Positions 51,867-62,868 are shown, numbered from the stretch's first letter. The stretch is DNA of 64,000 nt from Candidatus Roizmanbacteria bacterium (GCA_024654535.1 JANLHL010000007.1:2395-66394); one strand, 5' to 3'. Numbers and translations: made by a program. The notes: generated by a model not told the origin, from the sequence alone.

Positions 51867-53546
51867 TTATTTATACCTTTTTTTAAGGTATTCCATATGG
51901 CGTGAACGGGCACGTTCGAACTTCTCAAAATCCAAGCTAAACTCTACAAGCATGCGAGCTGCATATTGTGCACCAAGGTAGTGAGGCATAAGCACATAAG
52001 TAGCGCCTTCTTCGTACAGCGCAATCGCCTCATCAATGCGCTGTGACAACACAATAATAATTGCTTTTTTATTGTTCATGCGTGTATGGCGAACGAGGAG
52101 CGTATTTGCTTCAATATCTGCAATAGTAGATACCACCAAATTCATGTTCGCAAGCCCCAACTCTTCTAAAAATTCAACATCTTGTGCATCTCCATACTTA
52201 TACAAGATACCCTCTCCTTCGAGGCGTCGTATAGACTCTGGATTGAAATCTATGACAAGAAAGCGTTTGCCCAATTTTTTAAATGAATTCACAAAATCCT
52301 CGCCTACCCGATCGTATCCAAATAAGAGCGTGTCATGGGTGGCAGTATAGTTCTTGCTTGATTTATGTGTTTTTCTAATCTCAAGACGAGCAAGAAGTGG
52401 AGAAAAAAATCGGTAGATGTCATTGCCATACAGTATGAAATAAGTCGAAACGGGGATAGTAATAAGCCCGACGAGCGTCACTAGTGATACAACATCGCTT
52501 GTGATAAAACCAGACGTATAGGCAATAGACATGAATATGAGCGAAAATTCACTAATCTGTGCCAAACTTATTCCTGTGAGAAAATTTACTCTTCGGTTGT
52601 AGCCCAACAGATTCATTGAATAAAAGACGATAAATGGATTCCCAATGAGCACAAAGAGCGATAGAACGATAGCTGGTACGAGCTGTTGACCAAGCATGGG
52701 TAACTGTATATGCGAACCGAGGAGTATAAAAAAGAGCACAACAAAAAAATCACGAAGTGGTTTAAGACGAGAACTGATTTCATATGCATAAGGCGTAATA
52801 GAAAGAGTCACTCCTGCAACGAGTGCACCGATTTCTAAAGAAAAACCTATGATTTGAAAAAGGGCTGCAAGACCAACTCCCCAGGCAATGGAAAATAGAA
52901 ACAGGAATTCCTGTGAATAAGCCAAAAAACTGGCGATTTTACTTAAGACAAACTGAGAAAAAATATACAATGCTGCAACGAGAAGTATTCCTTTCATGAG
53001 TACGAACAAGACGGTGAAGATTACCTGTTGATCGCCGGCATTGCCAAGTGCTGGCAGCACAACCATAAGTATGGTGGCAACGATGTCTTGCAGCAACAAT
53101 ATACCAATGGTGACCTTCCCATAAAACTTATCCAGGTCCCCCTTATCGGCAAGATATTTCAATACAACGATAGTGCTTGAAAACGTGAGCGCAATTGCAA
53201 TAAATGCTGCTGTCGTAAAACCAAAACCCAAAAGACGTACAACAACCAAACCGACAATAAAGGTAACAACCACCTGAGCAAGACCTGCAAAGAGGGAAAC
53301 CTTGCCAACTTCTTTAATAACTTTGGGACTTAAATGCAAACCAACTATAAAGAGAAGCACCGTAACGCCAAACTGAGAAAATACTTCTATTGTTTGCGTT
53401 GAATGAAGTAAATTGAGCGCGTAGGGGCCAACGATAAGACCGGTCAGAATATGGCCAACGATAAGTGGCTGTTTTAAAAGCCGCATAACCGCCGCTATAG
53501 CAACCGCTAAAAATAATATAGCGCCAATCTCAGAAAAAACAGTCAT
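51867..53546 (-). CDS. CPA2-family cation:proton antiporter with C-terminal RCK/TrkA-N domain
   Basis: About 12 TM helices of the Na_H_Exchanger type, then a Rossmann-like LLFGYDRVGEDF domain. The ATG is 6 nt after TACAAT (53553-53558). Confidence 0.85.
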   Translation of the reverse strand: MTVFSEIGAILFLAVAIAAVMRLLKQPLIVGHILTGLIVGPYALNLLHSTQTIEVFSQFGVTVLLFIVGLHLSPKVIKEVGKVSLFAGLAQVVVTFIVGLVVVRLLGFGFTTAAFIAIALTFSSTIVVLKYLADKGDLDKFYGKVTIGILLLQDIVATILMVVLPALGNAGDQQVIFTVLFVLMKGILLVAALYIFSQFVLSKIASFLAYSQEFLFLFSIAWGVGLAALFQIIGFSLEIGALVAGVTLSITPYAYEISSRLKPLRDFFVVLFFILLGSHIQLPMLGQQLVPAIVLSLFVLIGNPFIVFYSMNLLGYNRRVNFLTGISLAQISEFSLIFMSIAYTSGFITSDVVSLVTLVGLITIPVSTYFILYGNDIYRFFSPLLARLEIRKTHKSSKNYTATHDTLLFGYDRVGEDFVNSFKKLGKRFLVIDFNPESIRRLEGEGILYKYGDAQDVEFLEELGLANMNLVVSTIADIEANTLLVRHTRMNNKKAIIIVLSQRIDEAIALYEEGATYVLMPHYLGAQYAARMLVEFSLDFEKFERARSRHMEYLKKRYK

Positions 53547-53662
53547 GAAATCATTGTATAGAGATATGCGAAAATATCCAACCTACTTGTCTATCTGCGC
53601 AGGCAAGCAAATGGCAAAGTTCAAATGTCAAAAAATATGTCGTTAGAATGACGGATAACTCA

Positions 53663-54241
53663 CTAGACTAATTTCAGGACGTTCCAGAAGGCGGATACAT
53701 ACTCTGCTCTTCGATTTTGATATTTCAGGTAATATGCATGTTCCCACACATCTAATCCAATAAGCGGTATGTGCTTTTGCAGATAGGGTGAATCCTGATT
53801 GGCTGTAGAGTATAATTTAAGAGAGCTGGACGCATCTTGAACCAACCAAACCCATCCACTACCGAAACGAGAGAGAGCACATGCTGAAAATTGCTCTTTA
53901 AACATATCGACAGATCCGAATGTTCTCACAATTCTCTTTTGCAGTACTTCATCGACACTTTTTTTTGGGCCCAGGATACTCCAGAAAAATGAATGATTCA
54001 AATGACCGCCGCCATTATTACGAAAGGTAGCCAAATCTGACTCTGCCATACCTAAGCTGTCTATGTTTGACATGAGCTCTTCTAAAGAACCATCAAGCTG
54101 AGGATACTTTGCCATGACAGTGTTTAACTTATCGATATATGCAGCGTGATGCTTCGTGTAGTGAATTTCCATAGTGCGAGCGTCTATAGCAGGTTCGAGC
54201 GCATCGAACGCAAAATCGAGTTTAGGTAGTTGATAGTTCAT
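53663..54241 (-). CDS. sod: Fe/Mn superoxide dismutase
   Basis: MNYQLPKLDFAFDALEP, HHAAYI, DVWEHAYYL. Metal specificity cannot be decided by eye. Confidence 0.9.
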   Translation of the reverse strand: MNYQLPKLDFAFDALEPAIDARTMEIHYTKHHAAYIDKLNTVMAKYPQLDGSLEELMSNIDSLGMAESDLATFRNNGGGHLNHSFFWSILGPKKSVDEVLQKRIVRTFGSVDMFKEQFSACALSRFGSGWVWLVQDASSSLKLYSTANQDSPYLQKHIPLIGLDVWEHAYYLKYQNRRAEYVSAFWNVLKLV

Positions 54242-54261
54242 ATACAAATACATACATTTGT

Positions 54262-54376
54262 AATATCCAAGTTCAAATTTCCAATATCAAATAAAGTTCC
54301 AAATCCTAATGACAAATTCAAAAGTTGGACATTTGAATTTTGACATTCTTTGGAAATTGGGTATTGGTTATTTGTC
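54262..54376. repeat. Composite intergenic repeat, full copy
   Basis: AATATCCAAGTTCAAATTTCCAATATCAAATAAAGTTCCAAATCC..ATGACAAATTC..GGACATTTGAATTTTGACATTCTTTGGAAATTGGGTATTGGTTATTTGTC. Confidence 0.9.
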
Positions 54377-54377
54377 A

Positions 54378-54785
54378 TTACTTAACTTTCCCCAATTTAT
54401 CCCATTCTTTTTTTAAATAGGAACGAAGTGTTACTGTTTTTGCACGCTTTTTTTTAAGTACATTTTTGAATTTCAAAAGCGCCTTCTCAACTGCTACAAA
54501 ATAGTCTTGTTGCTTCACTTCGGCTATCGTTCCATTGAGTGCCGACACATTTTTTAACACTTCATCGTGTATGTCTTGATACAGCTTTGAGCTTTGTTCT
54601 GAAACAGTACCGAATATTTCTGTAACCTTTTTATCGAGGCCCTTCTCTTTCAATAATGCTTCGAGCTCGTTGTATTTCTTTTGAGCGAGTTCTCTGTTCT
54701 GCTTACCAGAACGAGGAGATAAGAAGAACGCAGTGAGGGTACCGAGAACAAGTCCAGTGACAAAGGCGAATTTTGATTTTTTCAT
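54378..54785 (-). CDS. YtxH-like membrane-associated protein
   Basis: N-terminus KFAFVTGLVLGTLTAFFLSPRSGKQNRE matches the YtxH G...G...L.AP.SG...R signature. The rest is helical. Confidence 0.6.
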   Translation of the reverse strand: MKKSKFAFVTGLVLGTLTAFFLSPRSGKQNRELAQKKYNELEALLKEKGLDKKVTEIFGTVSEQSSKLYQDIHDEVLKNVSALNGTIAEVKQQDYFVAVEKALLKFKNVLKKKRAKTVTLRSYLKKEWDKLGKVK

Positions 54786-54843
54786 TTTTGTGATTATTTG
54801 ATATTGTATTATAACCATTGTAACAAAATATCAAAAAAAAAGT

Positions 54844-56502
54844 ATGTTGAATATAAAAAATGATCTAGAGACTCTCTATCCAACAAAGCCGAGCCTTGCT
54901 GAAGAGATAGATGAGCTTGTGGAAAAAAATATTCAGACGATAAAACATACTCGTCCATTTACCGCTAAGGATAGTGCGCTCATAGTGTACCCTGATCATA
55001 TCTACGAGGTTGGAAAACCGAGTTTAGAATCGCTCACTCAATTTTTGGACACAAATATTCAAGATACTGTTAATACAATCCACCTACTCCCTTTTCACCT
55101 CTCTGGCGGGGACGGTGGATTCGCGGTTGAGGATTACGACTCTATAGATCCACGTTTTGGAACTTGGAACGATATAGAGTTACTTTCAAAAAAATACCGC
55201 ATCATGGCCGATTTTGTGGCAAACCACACTGCAATCACCCATACATGGTTCAAAGAATTTTTAAACGGGAATGAACGCTATAAAGACTATTACCTATGGT
55301 TTGAAAAACCTATGGATACTTCCTGGGCATATAGGACCCGCACCAATCCTCTCTTAACTCCTTTTGAAAAAAAAGACGGATCACGCATATGGGTATGGAC
55401 CAATTTTTCGCCTCTACAAGCAGATCTCAATTATCAAAATCCAGAAGTATTTTTGGCAATGACAAAAATACTTATAGGCTATTTGACCCATAGGATATCG
55501 CTCCTTCGTATTGATGCTGCAGGATACCTTTGGAAGCAGGTAGGAACGCCGAGCGTGCATATGAAACAGACACACACAATTTTGGCTATTTGGCGAGAAA
55601 TAATGGCACAAATTAACCCTGAGGCATATCTTATAACTGAAACAAATGTACCGAACAACATAAATGTACAATACTTTGGAAAAACCGTGCCCGAGGCACA
55701 CATGGTATACAATTTTGGCCTCTCGCCACTACTCCTGCACACGTTTATGAAAAAGGATAGTACTCTCTTGACCAATTGGGTACAGACATTGCACACACCC
55801 AGAGATGATACGACCTACTTTACGATTACCCAAACACATGACGGAGTAAACGTGCGATCTATTGAAGGTGTACTGACAGTCGATGATATTGCCAAACTCG
55901 CACAGTGCTCGATAGAGGTAGGCGGTGGTATAAATAGTCGGCTTTTACCTAATGGAACAACAGAACCCTATGAACTCAACGTCGTGTATAAATCATTCCT
56001 CGGATCAAACGAAGCGCTCCTTGCAACACAGGCTATTTCACTCTGCATAGAGGGAGTGCCGGGTATTTATTTCAACAGCATGATCGGTGCAAAAAACTGG
56101 GAGGAGGGTGTTAAGAAAAGCAACGAGAAACGATCAATCAATAGACGAAAATATACACTTAACGAAATAAACGCATTTCTACAAACAGAAGAGAGCTGTT
56201 TACAAGAATACAAACACATGGTGACTGTGCGATCTCAAGAAGAGCTATTCGCACCAAAAGTACCACAAAAAATACTGTCAGTGGGCCCAAAAGTGTTTGG
56301 TTTGCAGAGGATAAGCGGCAAAAAAGCGCTTTATGCACTAACCAATATCTCCGACACGCTCATATCGATAGACGTGAGCACACTATTTAAGAACGTGCAC
56401 GAGACGACCGATTTGTTAACAAATCGTTTGTATCGGCTCACATTAAACCCCATTGTCTTTTTGAGACCGTACCAAAGTGTATGGCTTAAGACAGCTAACT
56501 GA
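54844..56502 (+). CDS. GH13 sucrose phosphorylase-like sugar phosphorylase
   Basis: IHLLPFHLSGGDGGFAVEDY, DFVANHT, RIDAAGYLWK (nucleophile Asp), ITETN (acid/base Glu), QTHDG. Confidence 0.75.
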   Translation: MLNIKNDLETLYPTKPSLAEEIDELVEKNIQTIKHTRPFTAKDSALIVYPDHIYEVGKPSLESLTQFLDTNIQDTVNTIHLLPFHLSGGDGGFAVEDYDSIDPRFGTWNDIELLSKKYRIMADFVANHTAITHTWFKEFLNGNERYKDYYLWFEKPMDTSWAYRTRTNPLLTPFEKKDGSRIWVWTNFSPLQADLNYQNPEVFLAMTKILIGYLTHRISLLRIDAAGYLWKQVGTPSVHMKQTHTILAIWREIMAQINPEAYLITETNVPNNINVQYFGKTVPEAHMVYNFGLSPLLLHTFMKKDSTLLTNWVQTLHTPRDDTTYFTITQTHDGVNVRSIEGVLTVDDIAKLAQCSIEVGGGINSRLLPNGTTEPYELNVVYKSFLGSNEALLATQAISLCIEGVPGIYFNSMIGAKNWEEGVKKSNEKRSINRRKYTLNEINAFLQTEESCLQEYKHMVTVRSQEELFAPKVPQKILSVGPKVFGLQRISGKKALYALTNISDTLISIDVSTLFKNVHETTDLLTNRLYRLTLNPIVFLRPYQSVWLKTAN

Positions 56503-56546
56503 AGCATTAGAACGCTCCCTATTGACACAGTGCTATAATAGCTACT

Positions 56547-56966
56547 ATGCAAAGACCAGATTTCCGCGAGTTAGTAACCCATCCTCGTATGTTATTAGCC
56601 CTTATGATTCTCTCTATAAGTATAGCTGGGTGCGCATATAAAGAACCTATACATGATTGCGGTGGATACTACAATATAGATTGGAGCGAGCAATTGCATT
56701 TGAGAGAAAGTGAAGATATTCTAAGGATTGAGCGTATTGGTGAATTATCGATTCATAATGATCAACTGAGGTTAGTCGTAAGTAAAGATGCACAAGAACC
56801 GAAATTAGCTTCATCTGCAACTCCTGATGCTTTAGCCATCTTAACACATAACGGTGAATACACATTCACTCTAGGTACTACCGACCAAGAAACCGGCCTC
56901 ACGAACGTTGACTATACAGGGCATTGCTATACGTTCACTCCTCAGGGTCAAAGAATGAGCGACTAA
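56547..56966 (+). CDS. Small lipoprotein of unknown function
   Basis: Lipobox LSISIAGC. The ATG is 7 nt after TGcTATAAT (56531-56539). Confidence 0.55.
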   Translation: MQRPDFRELVTHPRMLLALMILSISIAGCAYKEPIHDCGGYYNIDWSEQLHLRESEDILRIERIGELSIHNDQLRLVVSKDAQEPKLASSATPDALAILTHNGEYTFTLGTTDQETGLTNVDYTGHCYTFTPQGQRMSD

Positions 56967-57050
56967 CTTACTAGCTAATATGTGCTATTAGCCCCTTCCA
57001 AATAGTCTTGATACTTTAACTTAGCTCGGTACAGCGCATTTCCACGTGAA

Positions 57051-57086
57051 ACGAAAAAAGGAGCCTCCTTCTAAAGGAGGCTCCTT
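57051..57086 (-). terminator. Intrinsic terminator of groESL (also a hairpin for the convergent + gene)
   Basis: Perfect 13-bp stem AAGGAGCCTCCTT/AAGGAGGCTCCTT (57058-57070 and 57074-57086) with a 3-nt loop. On the minus strand it is followed by TTTTTTCG. Confidence 0.8.
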
Positions 57087-57106
57087 CAACGAATTTGCAA
57101 TTTCAA

Positions 57107-58765
<1,659 letters not shown>

Positions 58766-58803
58766 TTATGTATTAATTTTTAAAAATTCTAAACTCTCAA
58801 TTT

Positions 58804-59091
58804 TTAATTCTCGACGACTGCCATAATTTCTTTTTGTTCAATTAAGAGCCACTCTTCGTGAGAATCGGTTTTGATTTCGTTACCTGCCCATTTTTTATAG
58901 ACAACTTTTTGTTTCGGTTTAACCACCATTTTTTCTTTATCGGTGCCTGGACCAACTGCCATAACCATACCCATCTGAGGCTTCTCTTTAGCGCTGTCGG
59001 GCAAGACTATACCTGAGGCAGTTTTTTGCTCAGCTTCGAGCGGTTTTATAAGTACATTCGTGAACAGGGGCTTTATTGCAGTACCTTTCAT
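58804..59091 (-). CDS. groS: Co-chaperonin GroES
   Basis: 95 aa. IKPL..NVLIKP.E.E.KTASGIVLPDSAKEKP is the canonical mobile-loop region. Confidence 0.95.
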   Translation of the reverse strand: MKGTAIKPLFTNVLIKPLEAEQKTASGIVLPDSAKEKPQMGMVMAVGPGTDKEKMVVKPKQKVVYKKWAGNEIKTDSHEEWLLIEQKEIMAVVEN

Positions 59092-59144
59092 ACTTTTTTA
59101 TAGTTTAAATTAATAATTTATGTGTACTAACTTTTATCAAAAAG

Positions 59145-59179
59145 TAAGCACTTTGTCAAGAGGTGTGATAAAGTGCTAA
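59145..59179 (-). promoter_or_regulatory. CIRCE-like inverted repeat overlapping the groESL promoter
   Basis: On the minus strand: TTAGCACTT-N17-AAGTGCTTA. The spacer contains TTGACA. Canonical CIRCE is TTAGCACTC-N9-GAGTGCTAA, so the half-sites match but the spacing does not. Confidence 0.45.
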
Positions 59180-59200
59180 ACCATGCACTGCACAGTGCAT

Positions 59201-59358
59201 GGAATATCCAAGTTCAAATATCCAATATCCAAATAATAAGGTTTGACATTTGTCATTGGGATTTGGAACTTTATTTGACATTGGATATTGGATATTGGGT
59301 ATTGGGTATTGGATATTGGATATTGGGTATTGGGTATTGGATATTGGTTATTGGTGTT
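59201..59358. repeat. Composite intergenic repeat with expanded heptamer array
   Basis: GGAATATCCAAGTTCAAATATCCAATATCCAAAT...TTTGACATTTGTCATTGGGATTTGG..., then 11 consecutive TTGGNTA heptamers (59281-59357) organised as a duplicated 28-nt unit. Confidence 0.9.
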
Positions 59359-59378
59359 TCTTTTGCTATTATTATTCC

Positions 59379-60275
59379 ATGCAACAGCATCCGATTCCGC
59401 GGCAAATTACGACATTTGAATTTAAACTTATTGGCCAACTGACAATACGTCAGGCCATATACCTTGCTATTGGAACAGCGCTCGGTGTGTCCTTTTTTTT
59501 TCTTGTCCCCTCTGTGTTGTATATTAACGTGTTTATTGCAGCACTGCCACTTTTGATTGGCGTTGGATTTGCATTCGTACCAGTGAATGAGCGACCGATG
59601 GAGATTTGGGTTTCAAACCTCGTAAAAAGACTCACGAGTCCGACACAATACTATTTCCATAAAAAAAATAAACCACCGCAAATATTGCTCGGAGTCCGTT
59701 TACCACCAAAAGAGGTACTCGTTGAGTATCTTCGCGCAAAACAACAGTTATCTGCATATGAAGAAAATAGATCGAGAAAAAAAGATATACCGCTTGGCCT
59801 CGAAGATACCACCGAAGACAAGCTTTCTTCCATTCATAAAGCCCTGCAGGGGTCAGATATACAAAAACCACCCACGGAAATACTACAATCGACAAAGACA
59901 ACTCCAGCAGTCCGTCGTGGAGATTCGCAGCTGAGTAGCGCTTTCACGCAGACAGATGCCTTTCATGCCTCAGTTCGGCCAGGGACTCTTGCGTTTACTC
60001 CACTTCGCGTGAAACCTTTGACCATGTCTATACATGGTACGGTACAAAACGAAAACAATATTCCTATCCCACACGTCGTGGTCTACATAAAGAAAGATGG
60101 ACACACTGTACGAATAATGAAAACAAATGAACAGGGTTACTTTGAAAATGCAATTCCATTACCAAAGGATGACTATGTATTGGAAGCAGACGACCCACAT
60201 AAAAAGTACTCCTTTGCTAGAATGACTATAGACCCAAATAGGCCAGTGATACAAATGATGGGAGAAAGGAACTAA
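59379..60275 (+). CDS. PrgI-family (VirB3-like) membrane protein with C-terminal carboxypeptidase-regulatory-like beta domain
   Basis: N-terminus IPRQITTFEFKLIGQLTIRQAIYLAIG followed by two TM helices and PVNERPMEIW is the PrgI-type pattern. The C-terminal IHGTVQNENNIPIPHVVVYIKKDGHTVRIMKTNEQGYF is CarboxypepD_reg-like. The ATG is 6 nt after TGcTATTAT (59364-59372). Confidence 0.6.
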   Translation: MQQHPIPRQITTFEFKLIGQLTIRQAIYLAIGTALGVSFFFLVPSVLYINVFIAALPLLIGVGFAFVPVNERPMEIWVSNLVKRLTSPTQYYFHKKNKPPQILLGVRLPPKEVLVEYLRAKQQLSAYEENRSRKKDIPLGLEDTTEDKLSSIHKALQGSDIQKPPTEILQSTKTTPAVRRGDSQLSSAFTQTDAFHASVRPGTLAFTPLRVKPLTMSIHGTVQNENNIPIPHVVVYIKKDGHTVRIMKTNEQGYFENAIPLPKDDYVLEADDPHKKYSFARMTIDPNRPVIQMMGERN

Positions 60276-60280
60276 AAGTA

Positions 60281-60408
60281 AATGACAAATATCCAATATC
60301 AAATATCAAATAAATGTCAAAGTTCAAATGTCCAATTGAAAAATTGTGAGGATTTTTGCCTTACTTTGTCATTGGGATTTGGATATTCCTTGGATATTGG
60401 TTATTGGC
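60281..60408. repeat. Composite intergenic repeat, full copy
   Basis: AATGACAAATATCCAATATCAAATATCAAATAAATGTCAAAGTTCAAATGTCCAATTG...CTTTGTCATTGGGATTTGGATATTCCTTGGATATTGGTTATTGG. Confidence 0.9.
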
Positions 60409-60418
60409 AATAAACATC

Positions 60419-61069
60419 ATGATTAAAAAAAAGACCGCACCAATAAAATCAACAACGCAAGAATTCATCGAAATAAAAGAAATAGATGATGAGGTAGTGC
60501 TGCTAAAAGACGGATCATGTGCGCTCATCATAGAAACCTCTGCTATAAACTTTTCTCTACTCTCGCAGGAAGAACAAGAAACGCTCATCTATTCATTTGG
60601 CTCTCTATTAAATTCACTTTCTTTTGCCATTCAGATAGCGATCTATTCGGATAAAATGAACATATCTGATTACCTTATCTACCTCAATGGAAAGCTCAAT
60701 AAACAATCAAATCCTACCATTCGTAGTTGGCTCGCCAAATATATAGAATTCGTTAAAAGCATTGTGACTAAAAATACTATTTTGAAAAAACGTTTTTTTA
60801 TTGTCATTCCATTCTCGAAACTTGAGCTCGGTGTAAAAGCATCAGTGAGCACCTATTCAACAGACTATATACTTCAACGTGCAAAAACAGCTCTCTATCC
60901 AAAACGAGACCATATCTTGCGCTTGCTATCGCGTTTAGGACTGAAGGCAACTATTTTACAAAAGACAGAAATAGTTAACTTTTTCTACAATCTCTACAAT
61001 CCACACGCAACAGGTATCGATCTCATTGACGCATCGATGTTTGAAAGTTATTTGGTACACGGATCATGA
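60419..61069 (+). CDS. Hypothetical protein translationally coupled to the VirB4-like ATPase
   Basis: 216 aa. Its stop overlaps the next start (ATGA at 61066-61069). No recognisable motif. Confidence 0.45.
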   Translation: MIKKKTAPIKSTTQEFIEIKEIDDEVVLLKDGSCALIIETSAINFSLLSQEEQETLIYSFGSLLNSLSFAIQIAIYSDKMNISDYLIYLNGKLNKQSNPTIRSWLAKYIEFVKSIVTKNTILKKRFFIVIPFSKLELGVKASVSTYSTDYILQRAKTALYPKRDHILRLLSRLGLKATILQKTEIVNFFYNLYNPHATGIDLIDASMFESYLVHGS

Positions 61070-62868
61070 TATTTGGCAACAAAAAAAATAAAGGCAAAGA
61101 AGAGCCGGCGCAAAAAATAGACACAAGCGCACTAGCTGCTCAATCGGCAACACAGGCTGACGTAGTGACCGATAAAATAGCAAAACGCTTTTCATTGGGA
61201 ATGACTAGTATAGGGGATATCATAGCCCCTTCTTTTGTCGATGTCGATTTTTCAAGTATTACCATCGACAAACACCTCTATACCACCCTCTTTGTTGTGG
61301 GTTATCCACGCTATGTAGGACCAAACTGGATGAATGCTCTCATCACCTTTGACCATCCGCTATTCATATCTATGTTCGTCTACCCAACGCAGTCGAAGAT
61401 AGTACTTGATGATTTGAAACGGAAAATTGGAGAAATGGAGGCGACGGTGGAAAGCCAGGTAAGAGCGGGTAAAGTTGTCGACCCAACGGTACAGGTAACA
61501 CTCGATGATGCACTGTCGCTGCAGGCTGAAATTGCAAAAGGCGCAGAACGATTTTTTCAATTTGGTCTGTACATTACCATCCCTGCTGCAACCGCAGAAG
61601 AGTTGGAAGGCACAACAAAAGAGGTCATGAGCGTTTTGAGTTCGCTTCTCATAATTTCAAAACGCGGAGTGCTTGAGGCCGAAGAAGGCTTTAAATCAAC
61701 ACTACCGCTTTTCATGGATAGGCTTGCCGTATGGCGAAATATGGATACCTCTTCTTTGGCTATGACGTTTCCATTCATTACCTCTTCGCTGAGTGAAGAT
61801 AAAGGGATTCTCTACGGCGTAAACCAGAGCGACTCAAGCCTCGTTATATTCGACCGATTTTCTCTTGAGAACGCAAACCTTGTCGTCTTGGGTAAGAGCG
61901 GTGGCGGAAAAAGCTTCCTAGTAAAGCTCGACGTAATGAGGCAACTGATGATAGGTATTGACGTAATCATTGTCGACCCTGAAAACGAGTATCAGAATGT
62001 GTGCCGCAAGTTTGGCGGAGAATTTGTTCAGTTTTCACTTTCATCACCCATCCGTATAAACCCTTTTGACCTGCCCATAGGCCAAGAGGAAGAAGATGCT
62101 CTTGCAACAAATATTTTATCTCTCCATACCTTAATGACGGTCATAATGGGAGAATTGTCACCCGAGGAAGATGCACTCTTAGATAAAGCACTGGTCATGA
62201 CCTATCAACAAAAAGGGATAACGCAGGACCCTCTCACCCATCAAAACGAACCACCTCTTATGGAAGATTTATATAAAGTGCTACTTGGAATGGAACAAGA
62301 AGCTTCGCAAGCAATGGCGTTTCGGTTTGAAAAATTCATAAAAGGTTCTGCTTCGGGTATATTTAATTCACAATCTAATTTTGAATTCAAAAATAAGCTC
62401 ACTGTTTTTGGCATACGAGACTTGGAAGAAAACCTACGCCCGGTCGCTATGTATGTCGTCCTTGACTACATTTGGACAAAAGTTCGACATGAAAAGAAAC
62501 AGCGAGAACTCATCATAGATGAAGCCTGGTATCTGATAAAGCAAAAAGAAACGGCAGAGTACATATTCAACTTTGCAAAACGAGCACGCAAGTATGGCTT
62601 GGGCTTAACGACTATTACCCAAGATGTTGAAGACTTCTTAGGAACAAATGAGGGAAAAGCTATTATTACGAATTCAAGCATGCAGGTACTACTCAAACAA
62701 TCTCCTGTCGCCATAGATAAACTCGCCGATATTTTTTACCTAACCTCTGGAGAAAAGCACTTTTTGCTTTCAGGAGGGGTCGGAGAAGGTTTGCTCTTTG
62801 CTGGACCAGCTCACGTCGCTATGCAGGTTATTGCTGCTCCCCACGAAAAAGAAATAATCGAAGAGTAA
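61066..62868 (+). CDS. VirB4/TraE/PrgJ-like type IV secretion ATPase
   Basis: N-terminal IAPSFVDVDFSSITIDKHLYTTLFVVGYPRYVGPNWMNAL (CagE/TrbE/VirB-type). Walker A LGKSGGGKSF, Walker B LIIDEAWYL, and ARKYGLGLTTITQD. Confidence 0.8.
   Translation: MIFGNKKNKGKEEPAQKIDTSALAAQSATQADVVTDKIAKRFSLGMTSIGDIIAPSFVDVDFSSITIDKHLYTTLFVVGYPRYVGPNWMNALITFDHPLFISMFVYPTQSKIVLDDLKRKIGEMEATVESQVRAGKVVDPTVQVTLDDALSLQAEIAKGAERFFQFGLYITIPAATAEELEGTTKEVMSVLSSLLIISKRGVLEAEEGFKSTLPLFMDRLAVWRNMDTSSLAMTFPFITSSLSEDKGILYGVNQSDSSLVIFDRFSLENANLVVLGKSGGGKSFLVKLDVMRQLMIGIDVIIVDPENEYQNVCRKFGGEFVQFSLSSPIRINPFDLPIGQEEEDALATNILSLHTLMTVIMGELSPEEDALLDKALVMTYQQKGITQDPLTHQNEPPLMEDLYKVLLGMEQEASQAMAFRFEKFIKGSASGIFNSQSNFEFKNKLTVFGIRDLEENLRPVAMYVVLDYIWTKVRHEKKQRELIIDEAWYLIKQKETAEYIFNFAKRARKYGLGLTTITQDVEDFLGTNEGKAIITNSSMQVLLKQSPVAIDKLADIFYLTSGEKHFLLSGGVGEGLLFAGPAHVAMQVIAAPHEKEIIEE

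Noticed and set aside
59281-59357. Possible CRISPR array, or several across the window, suggested by the many short direct repeats.
   Set aside because: The repeat units are 7-8 nt and contiguous or irregularly spaced. There are no 25-40-nt unique spacers, no 24-48-nt repeat and no cas genes.
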